Made by a program: the position numbers and the translations under genes. Below the pieces are notes generated by a model. The model saw only the letters and a list, made by a program, of their open reading frames with translations, was not told where the DNA came from and made no database searches. A stretch of 64,000 nt of DNA from Mobula hypostoma (taxonomy: Eukaryota): assembly GCF_963921235.1 (NCBI RefSeq), contig NC_086115.1:12400001-12464000 (forward strand), written 5' to 3'. Positions 12,058-24,399 of the stretch are shown here, in pieces (positions within the stretch are counted from its first letter, which is position 1; the number at the start of each line of letters is the position of its first letter).

Positions 12058-13460
12058 GCGCCTCTTCCTATAGATGCTGCTTGGCCTGCTGCGTTCACCA
12101 GCAACTTCGATGTATGTTGCTCATTATTATTGACATCAGTGCCACTGGGCCATAGTCGTCGAGGCAGGTCACAGTCGCCATCTTGGGCACAGGGATGATG
12201 GTGGCCACCTTGGAGTCTGAGGGGGCAGTGGACAGTTCCAGAGAGATGTTGAAGATGCCTGTTCGAACCTCTTTTAACTGGGCTGCGCAGTCTGTCAGCA
12301 GCTGACCAGGTATGCAGTCAGATCCCGCAGTTTTACGTGGGTTGGCCCTGGCCAGGGTTTTCCTCACATCAGCTGTGACCAGATAGAGTGCCTACCACTT
12401 GGGGGTATGGGTGAGGTGGAAGGGGTTCCGTCCTCACTGGCACATTGTTCGGTGCATCAAACCCAGCGTACAAGAGATTTAGCCCATCAGGAAGAGAGGC
12501 ACCATTGTCGTTGACGTGCAGGTTTGTACTCCTTTGTGATCTGAAAGCCCTGTCGCATGTGCCTCGTGTCGCTGGTGTCACAGAAATGGGTGTATATTCT
12601 CTGTGAATAATCTTGCTTTGCTCTCCTGATGGTGTGGGAAAGCACAGCCCTTGCTGACTTATCCCCCGATCTCAAGGGCGGCCTACTTCCTTCACAAATT
12701 TCAAAGATGTACGGGTTTGTAGGTTCATTGGTTACTTGTGTGTAATGGATGGCACAGGCTTGGTGGGCCGGAAGGGAGAGAACGAGAGAGAGGGAGAGAA
12801 TAGAAAGAGAAAGAAGGTAAGAAAGAACAAAGCCAAGTCAAATCAAGTGAAGTTTATTGTCATTTAACTATATACATGTACATAATCATATAATGTATAT
12901 AGAAATGAGACAACGTTTCTTTGAACTGGGGTGTAAAGCACAGAAGTACACAGACGTTGAATATATCCGTCAACACCTCCATCAGCTGGGCTGTGCAGTC
13001 TTTCAGAACCCAGCCTGGTATACTATTGGGCCCTGCAGCTTTGCGCGGATTGACTCTGGCCAGGGTCTTTCTCACCTCAGGTTCAGCAAGAGCATCTGCT
13101 CCCCTGGGGGGGAGGGGTGCCTTCCTTGCCAACACTGGGCGTGGAAGGCATTCACCCTCTCAGGAAGTGAGGCGTCCTGCTTACTGACGCGCAGGGTAGA
13201 CTTGTACTCTGTAATCCTCTGAATTCCCTGCCACGTGTGCCTCACGTCTCTGGTATCGCAGAAGCGGCTGTAACTTCTCTGAGGATGCTCCCATTTCGCC
13301 AGTATCACGATCCCTCAGTCATGCAAGGACCTCTGCATGGCTTCTGATTTGCCCCCACCCAGATGTGTTTCACGTTGGTAACATCCTCAGTCACAGAATC
13401 CACATATTCAGCATGGTTGCCTCCCTGAACATTATCCAGTTAGTATTATCAAAGGAAAGG

Positions 13461-13706
13461 AAAGGTACGTCGCATCTGGTTAGCGGACGATTTCCCTCCA
13501 TGCCTCTCTGACGTAGTGAGGAACCACGTACGAGGCAAGTTACAGCAGTGGTTTGCCCTTGCCTTCTGCCAGGTGAGTTTCCAAAGAGATCACCAGCTCG
13601 TAATCCCGCACGGGTGGAAAGCGTGCAGGGGAGCCGGCTGGATTCGAACTCGGGACCTTTCGTCCCGAAGTCCGGCACTGATGCCACTACACCACCAACT
13701 GGGGTC
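13461..13706 (-). mobile_element. tRNA-derived SINE
   Basis: A box ggtgtagtgg, B box gagttcgaatcc. TSD agtatt(a/g)tcaaaggaaagg on both sides. Confidence 0.8.
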
Positions 13707-13794
13707 AGTATTGTCAAAGGAAAGGAAAAAAAAGTGGGAAGGAAGGAAATAAAGAAAGAAAAAAGGAAAGAAAGGACGATAGGTCAACTCTTAC

Positions 13795-13941
13795 CTTTCC
13801 CTCCTCAAAGTTTCTGTGGAATCCGCTTTTCCTTTTTTTCTGAGCCGGGGTTTGAAGCCCTTCTGCCAACTCACCACGCTTGGTGCCGCTCTGATTCGGA
13901 GGCGTTGAGAGAGCAGCTGTTGATCGCTCATGGCCATAGTC
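13795..13941 (-). CDS. cdc25: CDC25-family exon with bipartite NLS
   Basis: DYGHERSTAALSTPPNQSGTKRGELAEGLQTPAQKKRKSGFHRNFEEGK; KR...TPxQKKRKS matches the CDC25 bipartite NLS. Acceptor cctgacag, donor AAG|GTAAGA, phase 0 to 0. Confidence 0.8.
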
Positions 13942-14335
13942 CTGTCAGGATGAATGCAGCAAACTACTGAGATAGGAACATAGGATATAGGAGCAGAAGT
14001 AGACCATTCGGCCCATCGAGTCTGCTCCGCCATTCAATCATGGGCCGATCCAATTCTTCCAGTCATCCCCACTCCCCTGCCTTCTCCCCATACCCTTTGA
14101 TGCCCTGGCTAATCAGGAAGATATCTATCTCTGCCATAAATGCACCCAATGACTTGGCCCCCACAGCCACTCGTGGCGACAAGTTCCACAGATGAGATCA
14201 TCAGGAATCAACTTGGACAGAGATTATTTCGGTGAATAGCGTGCAGTAAGGAGGACAAGAGCTGAGAAATCGATTTTTCTGCAACCAGTCATAATCTCAG
14301 ATCGCGGAGAGTACGAAGTAGTTAAAGGAAAAGGC

Positions 14336-14478
14336 CCCTCTACACTGCCCCATCACACACTCCCAGGACAGGGACAGCACGGGTTAGATACAGAGTGAAT
14401 CTCCCTCTACACTATCCCATCACACACTCCCAGGGCAAGGACAGCACAGGTTAGATACAGAGTGAAGCTCCCGCTACA
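14336..14478. repeat. Second array of the same 67-bp minisatellite (about 2 copies)
   Basis: Same unit as 2624-3210. Confidence 0.9.
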
Positions 14479-14595
14479 TTGTTAAACTAAAGAATGATTC
14501 TGTAGTGACGTGGTCGTAAACATTGAAGATATCAAGGATTCTAATGGAATGGGCAATAATTTGTTGGGGGTGCAAGAAGCAGGAATCCCACTGAC

Positions 14596-14658
14596 CAGTG
14601 AGCTCTGCTGGGTACCAGAAGCATGTCTTGGACCAACTGAAAGTCTGATATTTTCCTG
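14596..14658 (-). CDS. cdc25: CDC25-family exon (QENIRLS...SSL)
   Basis: Pyrimidine tract cttttcctcccctgctcggacag with a NAGNAG acceptor, donor CTG|GTCAGT, phase 0 to 0, open frame. Sequence similarity is weak. Confidence 0.5.
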
Positions 14659-14728
14659 CTGTCCGAGCAGGGGAGGAAAAGTGACCACAAGAACAATTAG
14701 AATATACAAATAGAACATTTTGTCTCAC

Positions 14729-14794
14729 ATTTTCCTTTTCCAATTGACACAAACGTCCTTCTGAGTTCATCCGAATTTTATCCAGAAGCCTCAT
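14729..14794 (-). CDS. cdc25: CDC25-family exon ending in KEN box
   Basis: MRLLDKIRMNSEGRLCQLEKEN; xRLL...KEN mirrors the CDC25A/B exon ending in KEN. Acceptor ttcatttgtacag, donor AAT|GTGAGA, phase 0 to 0. Confidence 0.7.
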
Positions 14795-15142
14795 CTGTAC
14801 AAATGAACCAGAGAATGTTGGGTCAGCTTGGAAGTGCAGGAAGGTGAGTTGCCAGCTGCCGACTCTGCTGGTCTTGTGTACTTATTGCCTTTTTGTTCTC
14901 CCGAAGCCCGCAGTGCAGGTAAATTCGAATTCGTCGGCTAACCCCCAGTGTTTGCACTCTTCACTAATCCACTCAATTTTGCTAATTTACTGTAAAGTTA
15001 AACTATACAGAAATTTGGGGAATTCCTATGATGTTAGAACATAGATGTTGCAGACAGGATACTGCAAGGCATGACTCAACCCCTTGCTAGCACACACACA
15101 CATTCACGCACAAACTTACACCAGATTAAATATAGATGGTAC

Positions 15143-15460
15143 CTGAGGGTTAGAATGGACATGATGTTCTGAATGACCTGATTCTGTGCTGAACATTCTT
15201 TGATTCCCCAGAGCAAACCTCTTCAATACCTGCACTTTTATCCAAGTCGGAATCCATTCATTAAAGGTTTGCATCTCACTTTGCTGAGCCTTTCTGTTCC
15301 TAAAACAGCCTTTGATACTTTTGGACTTACTAGGCATGTGGAACAGAAATCAGGAACCTCGGGTTGGCTGTAGCTGCAACCTCCAACCACCAGGTGGCAT
15401 GGCAAAGCCAGCATCCGGAGGCATCAATGTACATTAAACATGAATCCATAAATCTGCTGT
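15143..15460 (-). CDS. cdc25: Region holding an unresolved CDC25 exon (phase 2 to 0)
   Basis: Frame continuity needs a phase 2 to 0 exon here. Candidates are ...HVHSNPQ ending at CAG|GTACCA (cf. CDC25A RIHSLPQ), or ...QPEVPDFCSTCL ending at the GTAAGT donor near 15330. Boundaries cannot be resolved by eye. Confidence 0.35.
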
Positions 15461-15641
15461 CAGCAACCAGCAGAGAACAGGCACCAGGGCAATTTAAGAA
15501 TATAAGACTTAGAAGCAGAATTAGGCCATTTGGCCCATCTAGTCTGCTCCACCATTCAATAACGGCTGATCCTTTCTTCCCCCTCCTCAGCCCCACAATT
15601 ACTGCTGTATTATTACATGTTGATATGTGTTCATGGCTTAC

Positions 15642-15675
15642 CGGCCTAGGGGTTGTCTGTCTTGTTGGAGTCCAG
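15642..15675 (-). CDS. cdc25: CDC25-family exon 3 (34 nt)
   Basis: Strong acceptor tgttctttccttgtag and donor CCG|GTAAGC. Phase 1 to 2 reads (A)GLQQDRQPLG(R), at the position of the D(S/A)GL exon of CDC25A/B. Confidence 0.6.
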
Positions 15676-17249
15676 CTACAAGGAAAGAACAATATTATTG
15701 TTGCTAAGGTATCCACAGTTTGACCTGGTCTCACCCGATCACAGATATTCCCTTTGTCCTATTCATCTCTGTTCCCAGATTCTTTGCAACTTAAAACCAT
15801 CCTTTTGTCTCTCTTTTCCTATTCTGATAATGGTAGCAGAGCAGCTAGGGTAACACTGTACAGTGCTAACGATCAGGGTTCAATTCCACCGCTGTCTGTC
15901 AGGGGTTTGTGCGTTCTCCCTCTGACCACGTGGGTTTCTTCCAGGTGTTCCAGTTTCCTTCCACTTTCCAAAGACGTACAGGTTAGGGTTGGTATGATGC
16001 TGACACGCAAAGAATAGCGACACTTGCGGCTGCTCCCAGCAGATCCTTGGGCTATGATGCAGACGACGCATTTCACTCTATGGTTTGACGTTTCAATGTA
16101 CATGTAACAAATAAAGCTAACCTTTTTTTTTAATCTTTTAAATGGAGTCACTGACTCTGCTTCTTTCTCCATAGATGCTGCCTGACCTGCTGAGTGTTTC
16201 CAGTATTTCTCTCCTAATGTTACGTTCACTGGGGAATCCAGAATGGGACTAGGGTTCCTCCAGCAGATCCTTACTCCAGACTCCAGCATCTGTAGTCTCT
16301 TGCGTCTCTGGAATTACAGAGCATAGCTTTAAGGTGAGAGGGGAAACTTTAAATGAGAATTCCATCACTTTTTTTTTTACAGGGAGTGGTGGATAGAAGC
16401 TGTTTTCCTTTTACGGACCGGGCAGTGTTCACGACTCTTGTGGTCTTGGGCAGGGTAGTGCGGCCTTCCATGCTGCATGGATAAAAATTGCTTACACCAC
16501 TGGGGACATGCCAAATTTATTTTGCATCCTTAGGGAGCAGAGATGTTCTTCCTCAAAGCTCAACATTTCAAAAGCAAAGTCAAAGTGGAGTTCACTGCCC
16601 TCTACACAAGTACCTCTGTACACAGGTGCAATGAAAAACTCACTGCAGCAGCACCACAGGGCACGTGGAGTCGTTAAGCATCATTCACAAGAGAAACATT
16701 TGTAAATCAATCACGATTTTTACACGAAAAAGCACAATCAAAACAAAAATAGCTAAGTTAATTTTAATGCAAAGTAATCGAAGTGTTGCTGAACTGTGGT
16801 GATGAGGGTTTTTCCATTTGGTTCAGACCCAGTGGTGGAAGGGAAGTAGCTGGTTTTGAACCTGGTGGTGTGGAGACTTCAGGCACCATACATCCTGACC
16901 GACTGTAACTGCGAGATGTCTTCCTGTTTACTGCCAACTGCCTGTTGCACCCTGTTACATCTCCATCTCCTCTCACTTTTACTCTTGTCCCTAAAGATAT
17001 TAAAAGAATGAAACATTGGAATAATCCTGGAATCGACATTTGGACAGTTCCCCGATTGGATGCAATGATCTCCCCTCACTTCTTTCACAATGGAGGTGTG
17101 TGAGCTTTGCGATGTACCAGGTTCAGCTACTGACTGAGTAAACTCTCTGACCAATGTGCATTGAATGGACCGTTTCCCAGCACAGAGAGCTCTGGCCTGA
17201 TCTTGATGGTTATGTTACTGGAGCAACAATAGAGTGGGTTCAAATTTTT

Positions 17250-19395
17250 AATCTCAAGATTGTTTAATGCCATTTCCTGTACACAAGTATAAAGGAGAAC
17301 AAAATAATTGCTACTCCAGATCCAATGCAGCACAAAACACACACACAAAAGATAAATAACACAATAATACTAGTACATAATAAATATAAATGCATAAGAA
17401 AGCTTATGTACATAGATTGACTCTATATTCATAATGTGATGCTAGGCACAGGTATAAGGTGACTAACAGGAAATAGTGGGGGTTGGGGGTGTAGAGGGGT
17501 GGGTTAGTGGGTGGAGGTGTTGATCAGCCTTATTGCTTGGGGAAAGTAACTGTTTTTGATCCTGGCGTAGATGCTACATAGCCTCCTCCCTCAAGGGAGT
17601 TGGACAAACAGTCCATGAGCAGGGTAGGTGGGATCCTTCATAATATAACTGGCCCTTTTCCGGCACATTTCTGTATATACAGTATATCCTCGGTTCTGGT
17701 AGTTTGGAGCCAGTGATGCGTTGGGCAGTTTCGACTACCTGTTGTAGAGCCTTCCTGTCTGCCAGTGTGCAGTTTCCATATCAAGCAGTGATGCAGTTTG
17801 TCAGCATGCTCTCTGCTCTGCATCTATAGAATGAGGTGAGTATAGATGTGCATAGTCCAGCCCTTTTCAGCCTCCTGAGAAAATAAAGGCATTGACGAGC
17901 TTTTTATGACTATGTAGGGTGTGTTCTGGGACCGTGAGAGGTTGTGCAGGATGTGCACTCCCAGGAGTTTGAAACTGCTCGCAGTTTTCACTGTTGTGCC
18001 GCCGATGTAAAGGGAGCTGTGTGTGGTGTGAGTTCTCCTGATGTCGATAACCATCTCCTTTGTCTTGTTGACATTGGGGAAGAGGTTATTTGCTTGGTAT
18101 CAGGCCTTGAGCCCCTCCACCTCCTCTCTGTGGGCCATCTCATCGTTGTTGGTGATGAGCCCCACCATTGTCATGTCATCAATGAGCTTGATGATGCGAT
18201 TGCTTGTGCGTTTGGCTGTGCAGTCTTGTGTGAGGACAGTGTACAGCAATGGGCTCAGGGCTCAACACACAGCCCTGGGGGCTCCCATATTTAGGATGAT
18301 GGGGAGGGAGGAGCGTTGTACATCCTGACAATCTGAGGTCTGTTCGTTAGGAATTCCAACACCCAGTTGCACAGTGGTGTCTTTAGACCGAAGGACAGGA
18401 GTTTGTTCACCTAGGCCTGTGGAGCAATAGTGTTGAATGTTGAACTGAAATCCGGAAACAGCATTCTGACATAAGTGTCTTTGTTTTCTAGATGTGTTGG
18501 AGCCAGGAGCATGACAAATGCTGTGGCACCTGTCATAGAGTGGTTCTGTCAGTCAGCATATTGGTGAGTGTCCAATGTGGCAAGAGTGGAGTTTCTGATG
18601 TGTGCCATTATCAGATGTTCAAAGCACCTCATGATGATTGGCATCAGTGCCACTGGGTGGTAGTTGTTGAGTTCTGAAAACATAGACTTCTTTGGTACAG
18701 GGTTGATGGTGGTTGATTTGAAGCATGTGGGTACAGCAGCCTGGATGAATGAAGAATTGAAGATGTCCGTGTAGATATCAGTGAACTTCTGTGCACGTTC
18801 TTCGAGCACTCAGCTTGGGATGTTGTCTGGCCCAGGTGACTCCCAACAGAGTCCTTCTCTCACATCTGCTACTCTTTCAGACAGTGGCTACTCACCTGGG
18901 AGTGGGTAGCTTTCATGGCCAGCGTTGTGTTGCATGCCTCGAAGTGTATGGGGAGAGGAGGCATCACTGGTACAGTTGGCGCTGCTTTGTCAGTAATGAC
19001 TTTGATGCCCAGCAACATATTATCGGATGGGTGCTCGTGATTTTTCTTATACATAGACGGACTTTGCCCTCTTAATGCCTATGATGAGGTTTCAACTAGC
19101 TTCCCTGAGAGCTGTGCTGACTCTGGAGTTGAAGGCAGCGTCCTGGGGATTTAGTAGGGAACGCACCTCTGTGTTCAGCCGTGGCCTCTGGTTGGGCTGT
19201 CAGATGATCAGTCTTGGGGTCCCAACGCCACCTACACGCTCACGGTGACAGGTGAGACAGATCCCTTGAGGTCCACATCTTTTCCATTTGTGGAGGCCTC
19301 CTTGAACACCATCTGCCAGTTGTTCAGTTCAAACCAGTCTTGAAGCATTGGGATTGCCTCATGAAGGTACACGGTGATGGTCCTCTTCACGGGTT
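17250..19395 (-). mobile_element. Old Rex/Babar-type LINE fragment
   Basis: VPTCFKSTTINPVPKK...NNYHPVALMPIIMRCFEHLI RT motifs, degraded. Confidence 0.75.
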
Positions 19396-20166
19396 TCTTA
19401 ATATTCTTAAAGATACAGCACGGTAACAGGACCTTCCAGCCCAGCACATGTGACCAATTCCAGCCCATCACGTGACCAATTCCAGCACATCCCTTGACCA
19501 ATTCCAGCACATGTGACCAACCGACCTACTAACCAGCATGTCTTTGGACTGTGGGAGGAAACTGGAGCACCTGGAGGAAACCTACGTGGACACTGAGGGA
19601 AGGTACAAACTCAGTACAGGCAGAGGCAGGAATTGAACCTGTGTCGCTGGCGCTGTAACGGCATCACGCAAATTGCTTCACTACTGTGCTGCCCCCCCCC
19701 CCGTAGTGTGGTGTGAATATGGGAGGAATCAGATCTACAAGGTCAAGTCTATTAGCATTCATGTATACAGCTGAACGAAACCTCGTTCCTCTGGGGCCAG
19801 GGTGCAAAACACAGTATGTATAGTCACACACAGGACATACTATTACGGCAGCACAAAGAGCCACAAAATTATTATTGGCACGAGTCCGAGTGGCATGGCT
19901 CGAAGGTTGGTGATCCACGGGATGTTGTCAAAGAGCCACGTTTCTGCAAGATCAAGTACTTTCACCAAGTTAACATGGTGAGCTTAACACATTGATGCAA
20001 TCGTGAAGACGATCTACTTTGGTAGGAGTTTGAGGAGATTCAGTACGTCACTGAGGACACTTACAGAATTTGATAGACGTCTGCCGCAGGGCATCCCGAC
20101 TGGTTGCGTTACAGCCTAGTATGGAGGCACCAATGCACAGGATCGCAAGAGGCTGCTGAGGTTTAT

Positions 20167-20958
20167 CACTCAGTGGCCACTTTATTAGGAAGACCTGCAC
20201 GCCTCATTAATGCAAATATCTTAACGTGTTCAAGATGTTAGGTTGTTGTTCAGACCAAACTCAGAATGGAAGAAATGAGATCGAAGTGACTTTGACGGTG
20301 GAATGCATGTTGGTGCCAGATGGGGTGGCTTGTGTATCTCAGAAGCTGCTGATCTCCTGGGATGTTTGCACACATCAGTTTCTAGAATTTACGGAGCGTG
20401 AGTGGCAGTTCATGTGGATGAGAGAAGTTGGAGGAGAATGACCAGACTGATTCCAGCTGAGAGGAGGGTAACAGTAACTCAAATAACCATGCATCACAAC
20501 AGCGGCGTGCAGAAGAGCATCAGTGAATGCACAGCATGTCGAACCTTGAAGCCGATGGGCTACAGCAGCAGGCGATCACAAACGTACACTCAGTGACCAC
20601 TTTCTCAGAAAGACTGTGTCCACCAACAAGGACCCCCGTCACCCAGGACATGCCCTCTTCTCAATGCTACCATCAAGAAGACATGCACTCAACATTTCAG
20701 AATCAGCTTCTTCCTCTCCACCATCAGATTCCTGATTAGGCAATGAACTAATGAATACTACCTCACTATTTTTTGACTAACTTACACACTACTTACTTAA
20801 TTTAATTTTTATATATTTCTTATTGTAATTTATAGATTTTAAAAAATTATGTATTGCAATGTTCTGTTGCAGCAAAGCAACAAATTTCATGACATATGCC
20901 AGTGATATTAAACCTGATTCTGATGCAGGAGGTAACTGATAAAGTGGCCACTGGTGTA
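20167..20958 (+). mobile_element. Tc1-type transposon relic
   Basis: TIR cactcagtggccactttattagg; HTH remnant RRMTRLI...TVTQIT...SISECT; interrupted. Confidence 0.6.
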
Positions 20959-21214
20959 GGTGAGATACATAAATAACACACAAAAAATACCAGAGGAACT
21001 CAGCAGGTCAGACAGATCTATGGAAAAGAGAAAACAGTTGAAGTTTCGGGCCGAGACCCTTCATCAGGACTGGAAAGGAAGGGGAGAAATCAGAGTAAGG
21101 GGGCAGCAGAGATCACAGATGGGGAGCAGTGAGAGAAGGTTTCACTGAACTCCCATCGAAAGGGAGATTTAAACTTCTTCAGGATAGGCATCCCTGGAAG
21201 AGACTTCATGGTGG

Positions 21215-21846
21215 GAGGAGAAGATGGTGGCGCGACGCAGCGCGCGCAGCCTCTCCGGTGAAATGATATCATATTTGTTAAATAGGGTACCATGCACAAT
21301 TCTGATTTGATGGAGACAGCCGTGAGAAGCACAGAGGAACATCTGGAGAAACTTCTGAAATGCCCGGTTCGCTGCCGCTGCTACTGTGCGATCGAGAATC
21401 TCCAGAATCTCTGGAGGGAAGGCCACAAATCCTCGGCTTTGCCTGCTGCTGACGGCCGGGGCTGGGGTCGAAGCACTTGGCAGAGATGGTGCTCGGTGCT
21501 CGGTGTCGGAGGCTCGAAGTTTTCGGACGACTCAGAGTCGGACTGTGGTCGGGCATGGCAGGGAGAGTTTTCTTCCTTTTCCCGTCTGCGTGACAGGTGG
21601 GACTTTCAAGAGACTTTGAACTTTTTTACCATCCCCATGGCCTGTTCTTCATCAAGTTACGGTATCGCTTTGCACTGTTGTAACTATATGTTATAATTAT
21701 GTGGTTTTTGTTAGTTTTTCAGTCTTGGTCTGTCCTGTGTTTCTGTGATATCACACAGGAGGAATATTGTATCATTTCTTAATGCATGCATTACTAAATG
21801 ACAATAAAGGAGGACTGCGTGTCCTCATAATCTAATCTAATCTAAT
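21215..21846 (+). mobile_element. Non-autonomous retroelement with (TAATC)n tail
   Basis: CpG-rich start aagatggtggcg, AATAAA, microsatellite tail, possible TSD atggt(g/a)g. Confidence 0.6.
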
Positions 21847-22413
21847 GGTAGTAATAGTATCACAATATTAGAAAATCTGCAGATGCTGAAAATCCAGGCA
21901 ACACACAGAAAATGCTGGAGGAACTCGGCAGACCAGCCTGCATCTGTGGAAAAGACGTTTCGGGCCGAGACCCCTCTTCAGGACTGGAAAGGAAGAAGAG
22001 AAGGGTTTTGTGGGTGTTGCTTTGGATTTCCAGCATCTTCATGTGTTTGTGACCTGCAACGTAATAAACATCTGCAAGATTACAATGCCCATTGCTCACG
22101 GTATACCTGTTGCTTCTTCTCTGCGTGTCCAGTCCATGTGGTGATCTAGGTGATCGACCTGTAAGAGTCACACAATCCATATGAGTAGCTAACATGTTTA
22201 CAGTCCATGCTTCCAGATGTTCTGAGTGTCCCTGGCATCTTTAAGACACCAGAAAGTTTTTGTCTGTAGTACAGTGTGTATGGTGCATTGTAGCCTTTCC
22301 TCAAATACACGCAGAAGTGAAAAAGTCTTGCAAAGTATTCAGTTTCCACCCTTTGCCTCCACCCTGGACAGTGACTCCATAACAACAGAATGCATCGGCC
22401 AGTTTGTACAGAC

Positions 22414-22508
22414 CTGTGGGAGTCTTGATCTCCATAGCAACGAGCAAGGCCTCTGGGCTTGGATTTCCATTCTCAGGCGATAGCTTCAGTCTGCGCTTGG
22501 GGGTGTCA
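22414..22508 (-). CDS. cdc25: CDC25-family exon 2
   Basis: DTPKRRLKLSPENGNPSPEALLVAMEIKTPT; TPKRxLxLS is typical of CDC25 exon 2. Acceptor ccatag, donor CAG|GTCTGT, phase 2 to 1. Confidence 0.78.
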
Positions 22509-23219
22509 CTATGGTTAACAACATAGATTAACACTTGGAGAAAACAGAGAGAGAGGGATAGCGTGTGCAAGGTTTCAAGTATTTCAACTTCCTGCATTTT
22601 AGGATGTCAGGCACACTGAATAAGGCCTGCTTCTTAACTTTTCTACCCAGAACTACTTTATATTTATAAACCCTTTTCCCAGGATATAAGAAATAGAAGC
22701 ATGAGCAATGTAAAGGGTCAACACCAACATTCCCTCTAATATTCTTTTTTACAGCTGCACAGACCAACCATTGCTCTAAGAAGGTATCTTTGTTTTTTTA
22801 CACAGCCTGAAAACTGAGCGACACTTTAAATTAACATATGTAAAAGAAAGCTACAGCTGTGTGACAACATTTGTGCGGAAGTATTTCAGTTACTGGGTGG
22901 CCTTGCACCCGTGTAAATTAGAGGGAACAATGGTTGGCACAACACTGTAGACCAAAGGGCCTGTCCTGGGCTGAAGTGTTCTATGTTCTAAAATCTGCTC
23001 CAGGTACTCACTGGGTCAAGCAGCATTTGTAGGGGTGAAAGGAAATGTTTGACACAAGAGGTTGTGCAGATGCTGGAAATCTTGAGCAACGCAGAGCACT
23101 AGAAGAACTCAGCATGTCGGGCAGCATCTATGGAGGGAATAACTTTCGATGTTTCGGGCCAAGACCCTTCATCAAGACTGGAAAATGTCTCGGCAGCATT
23201 TTTGTGTATATTGGAGTGG

Positions 23220-23545
23220 AACTGTTGATGTTTAGACACAAGTCTCTAGAGTTTATACCGAATGGTGTGAAAAACAAAACCAAAAAATCCAGTGAGCGGC
23301 AGTTTTGCAAGTGATAATGTTTGGCTACTGAGAGAGGTCAGGGAGAATGGCCAGACTAGTTCAAGCTGACGGGAAGGCGACTCTAACTCAAATAACCGCA
23401 CGTTAACAACAGTGGTGTGCAGAAGAGCATCTCTGAATGCAAAACATGTTGGACCTTGAAGTGGATGGGCTACAGCAGCAGAAAACCTCAAACATACACT
23501 CAGTTGCTAGGTACGGTAGTTACCAAATAAAGTGGCCACTGAGTA
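23220..23545 (+). mobile_element. Tc1-type transposon relic, same family
   Basis: Homologous to 20380-20600; ends aataaagtggccactgagta. Confidence 0.55.
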
Positions 23546-24399
23546 TACTTGTTCTGATCTTTGTTCCACTGTTTTCGATCTACACTCTATGACTCTGAGA
23601 AACACCACACCTCAGTTTTGTGGCAGTAACAGTTTTAACTTGGACTTCCTGCAGGGTGACATAATAGCATGCTGGCAAGTGTAATGCTGCATGTCGCCAA
23701 TAATCGGCGAAAGGGGTTTCAATTCCCGCCACTGCCCGTAAGGAGTTTGTACGTTCTCCCCGTGACCGCGTGGGTGCTCCGGCTTCAGTCCACAGACGTA
23801 AGGGTCAGTGGGCTGTGACCACCGCTTGCAGGCTGCCCCCAGCACATTGTCGGACTCTGGTCGTTGTTGACGCGAAACGGCATATGTTTTGAATTGTTAA
23901 TACACATGTGACAAATAAAGCTCATCTTTCAACTTCACCCTCATGCCCTGTGTGTTTAATTAAACAGTATGGACATTATTCAAGTATCACAACCGCAGAC
24001 TCTGCCTCGATGTCCGCACGCCCTCGCAGGCGGGCTGTGGAACGGGTTCAAGAAACGCACTCGTGAGAATGCACATTCCAGCCAGTTAATGTTTCAACAT
24101 GGTGGGATTTAACTCCCTTCCTCTCGTTTCAGTCTTGTCGGACGACGAAATACAAAGCAACGTCAACGCTCCCTGCTTACGGTTGTCCTGGTTCCGGGAA
24201 ACAATATTAGACTAAAGAAGTTTAGCTATTTAGGATTGAGATATCATTACCGAGCCACTATACCGGCATTAGATTTAGTTTGAAAGTTCTAGTTTACGGT
24301 CCTATTGGTCTAGAGTTTATTGTTTTTCCTTTATTTCTGCACAATTTCTATTAAAACTTAGTGAATCAGTGATCAGGGTGTTTCTCCAACTCCAGCCAT

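Larger units (their letters stand above)
10613..12120. mobile_element. Penelope-like element, inverted (palindromic) duplication of the 3' end
   Basis: GIY-YIG ORF at 11316-11726. Near-identical inverted arms 10649-11291 and 11477-12120. Perfect 15-bp TSD tcattattattgaca at 10598-10612 and 12121-12135. Confidence 0.93.
9230..13440 (-). mobile_element. Old Rex/Babar-type LINE fragments, interrupted by a SINE and the PLE palindrome
   Basis: RT/tether remnants on both sides of the 10613-12120 insertion (ALMSIIM|NCFEWLV continues across the TSD; KAAGP..IPG.VLKDC). Confidence 0.7.

Noticed and set aside
10665-12104. Two mirror-image 194-aa ORFs
   Set aside because: They are antisense readings of the PLE palindrome arms, not genes.
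13640-13706. tRNA gene
   Set aside because: The tRNA-like head continues into a SINE body with TSDs, and no full cloverleaf can be formed.
23621-23658. Possible small cdc25 exon (EVQVKTVTATKL)
   Set aside because: Phase 0 to 2 does not fit after exon 1 (phase 2). Exon 1 already joins exon 2 in frame.
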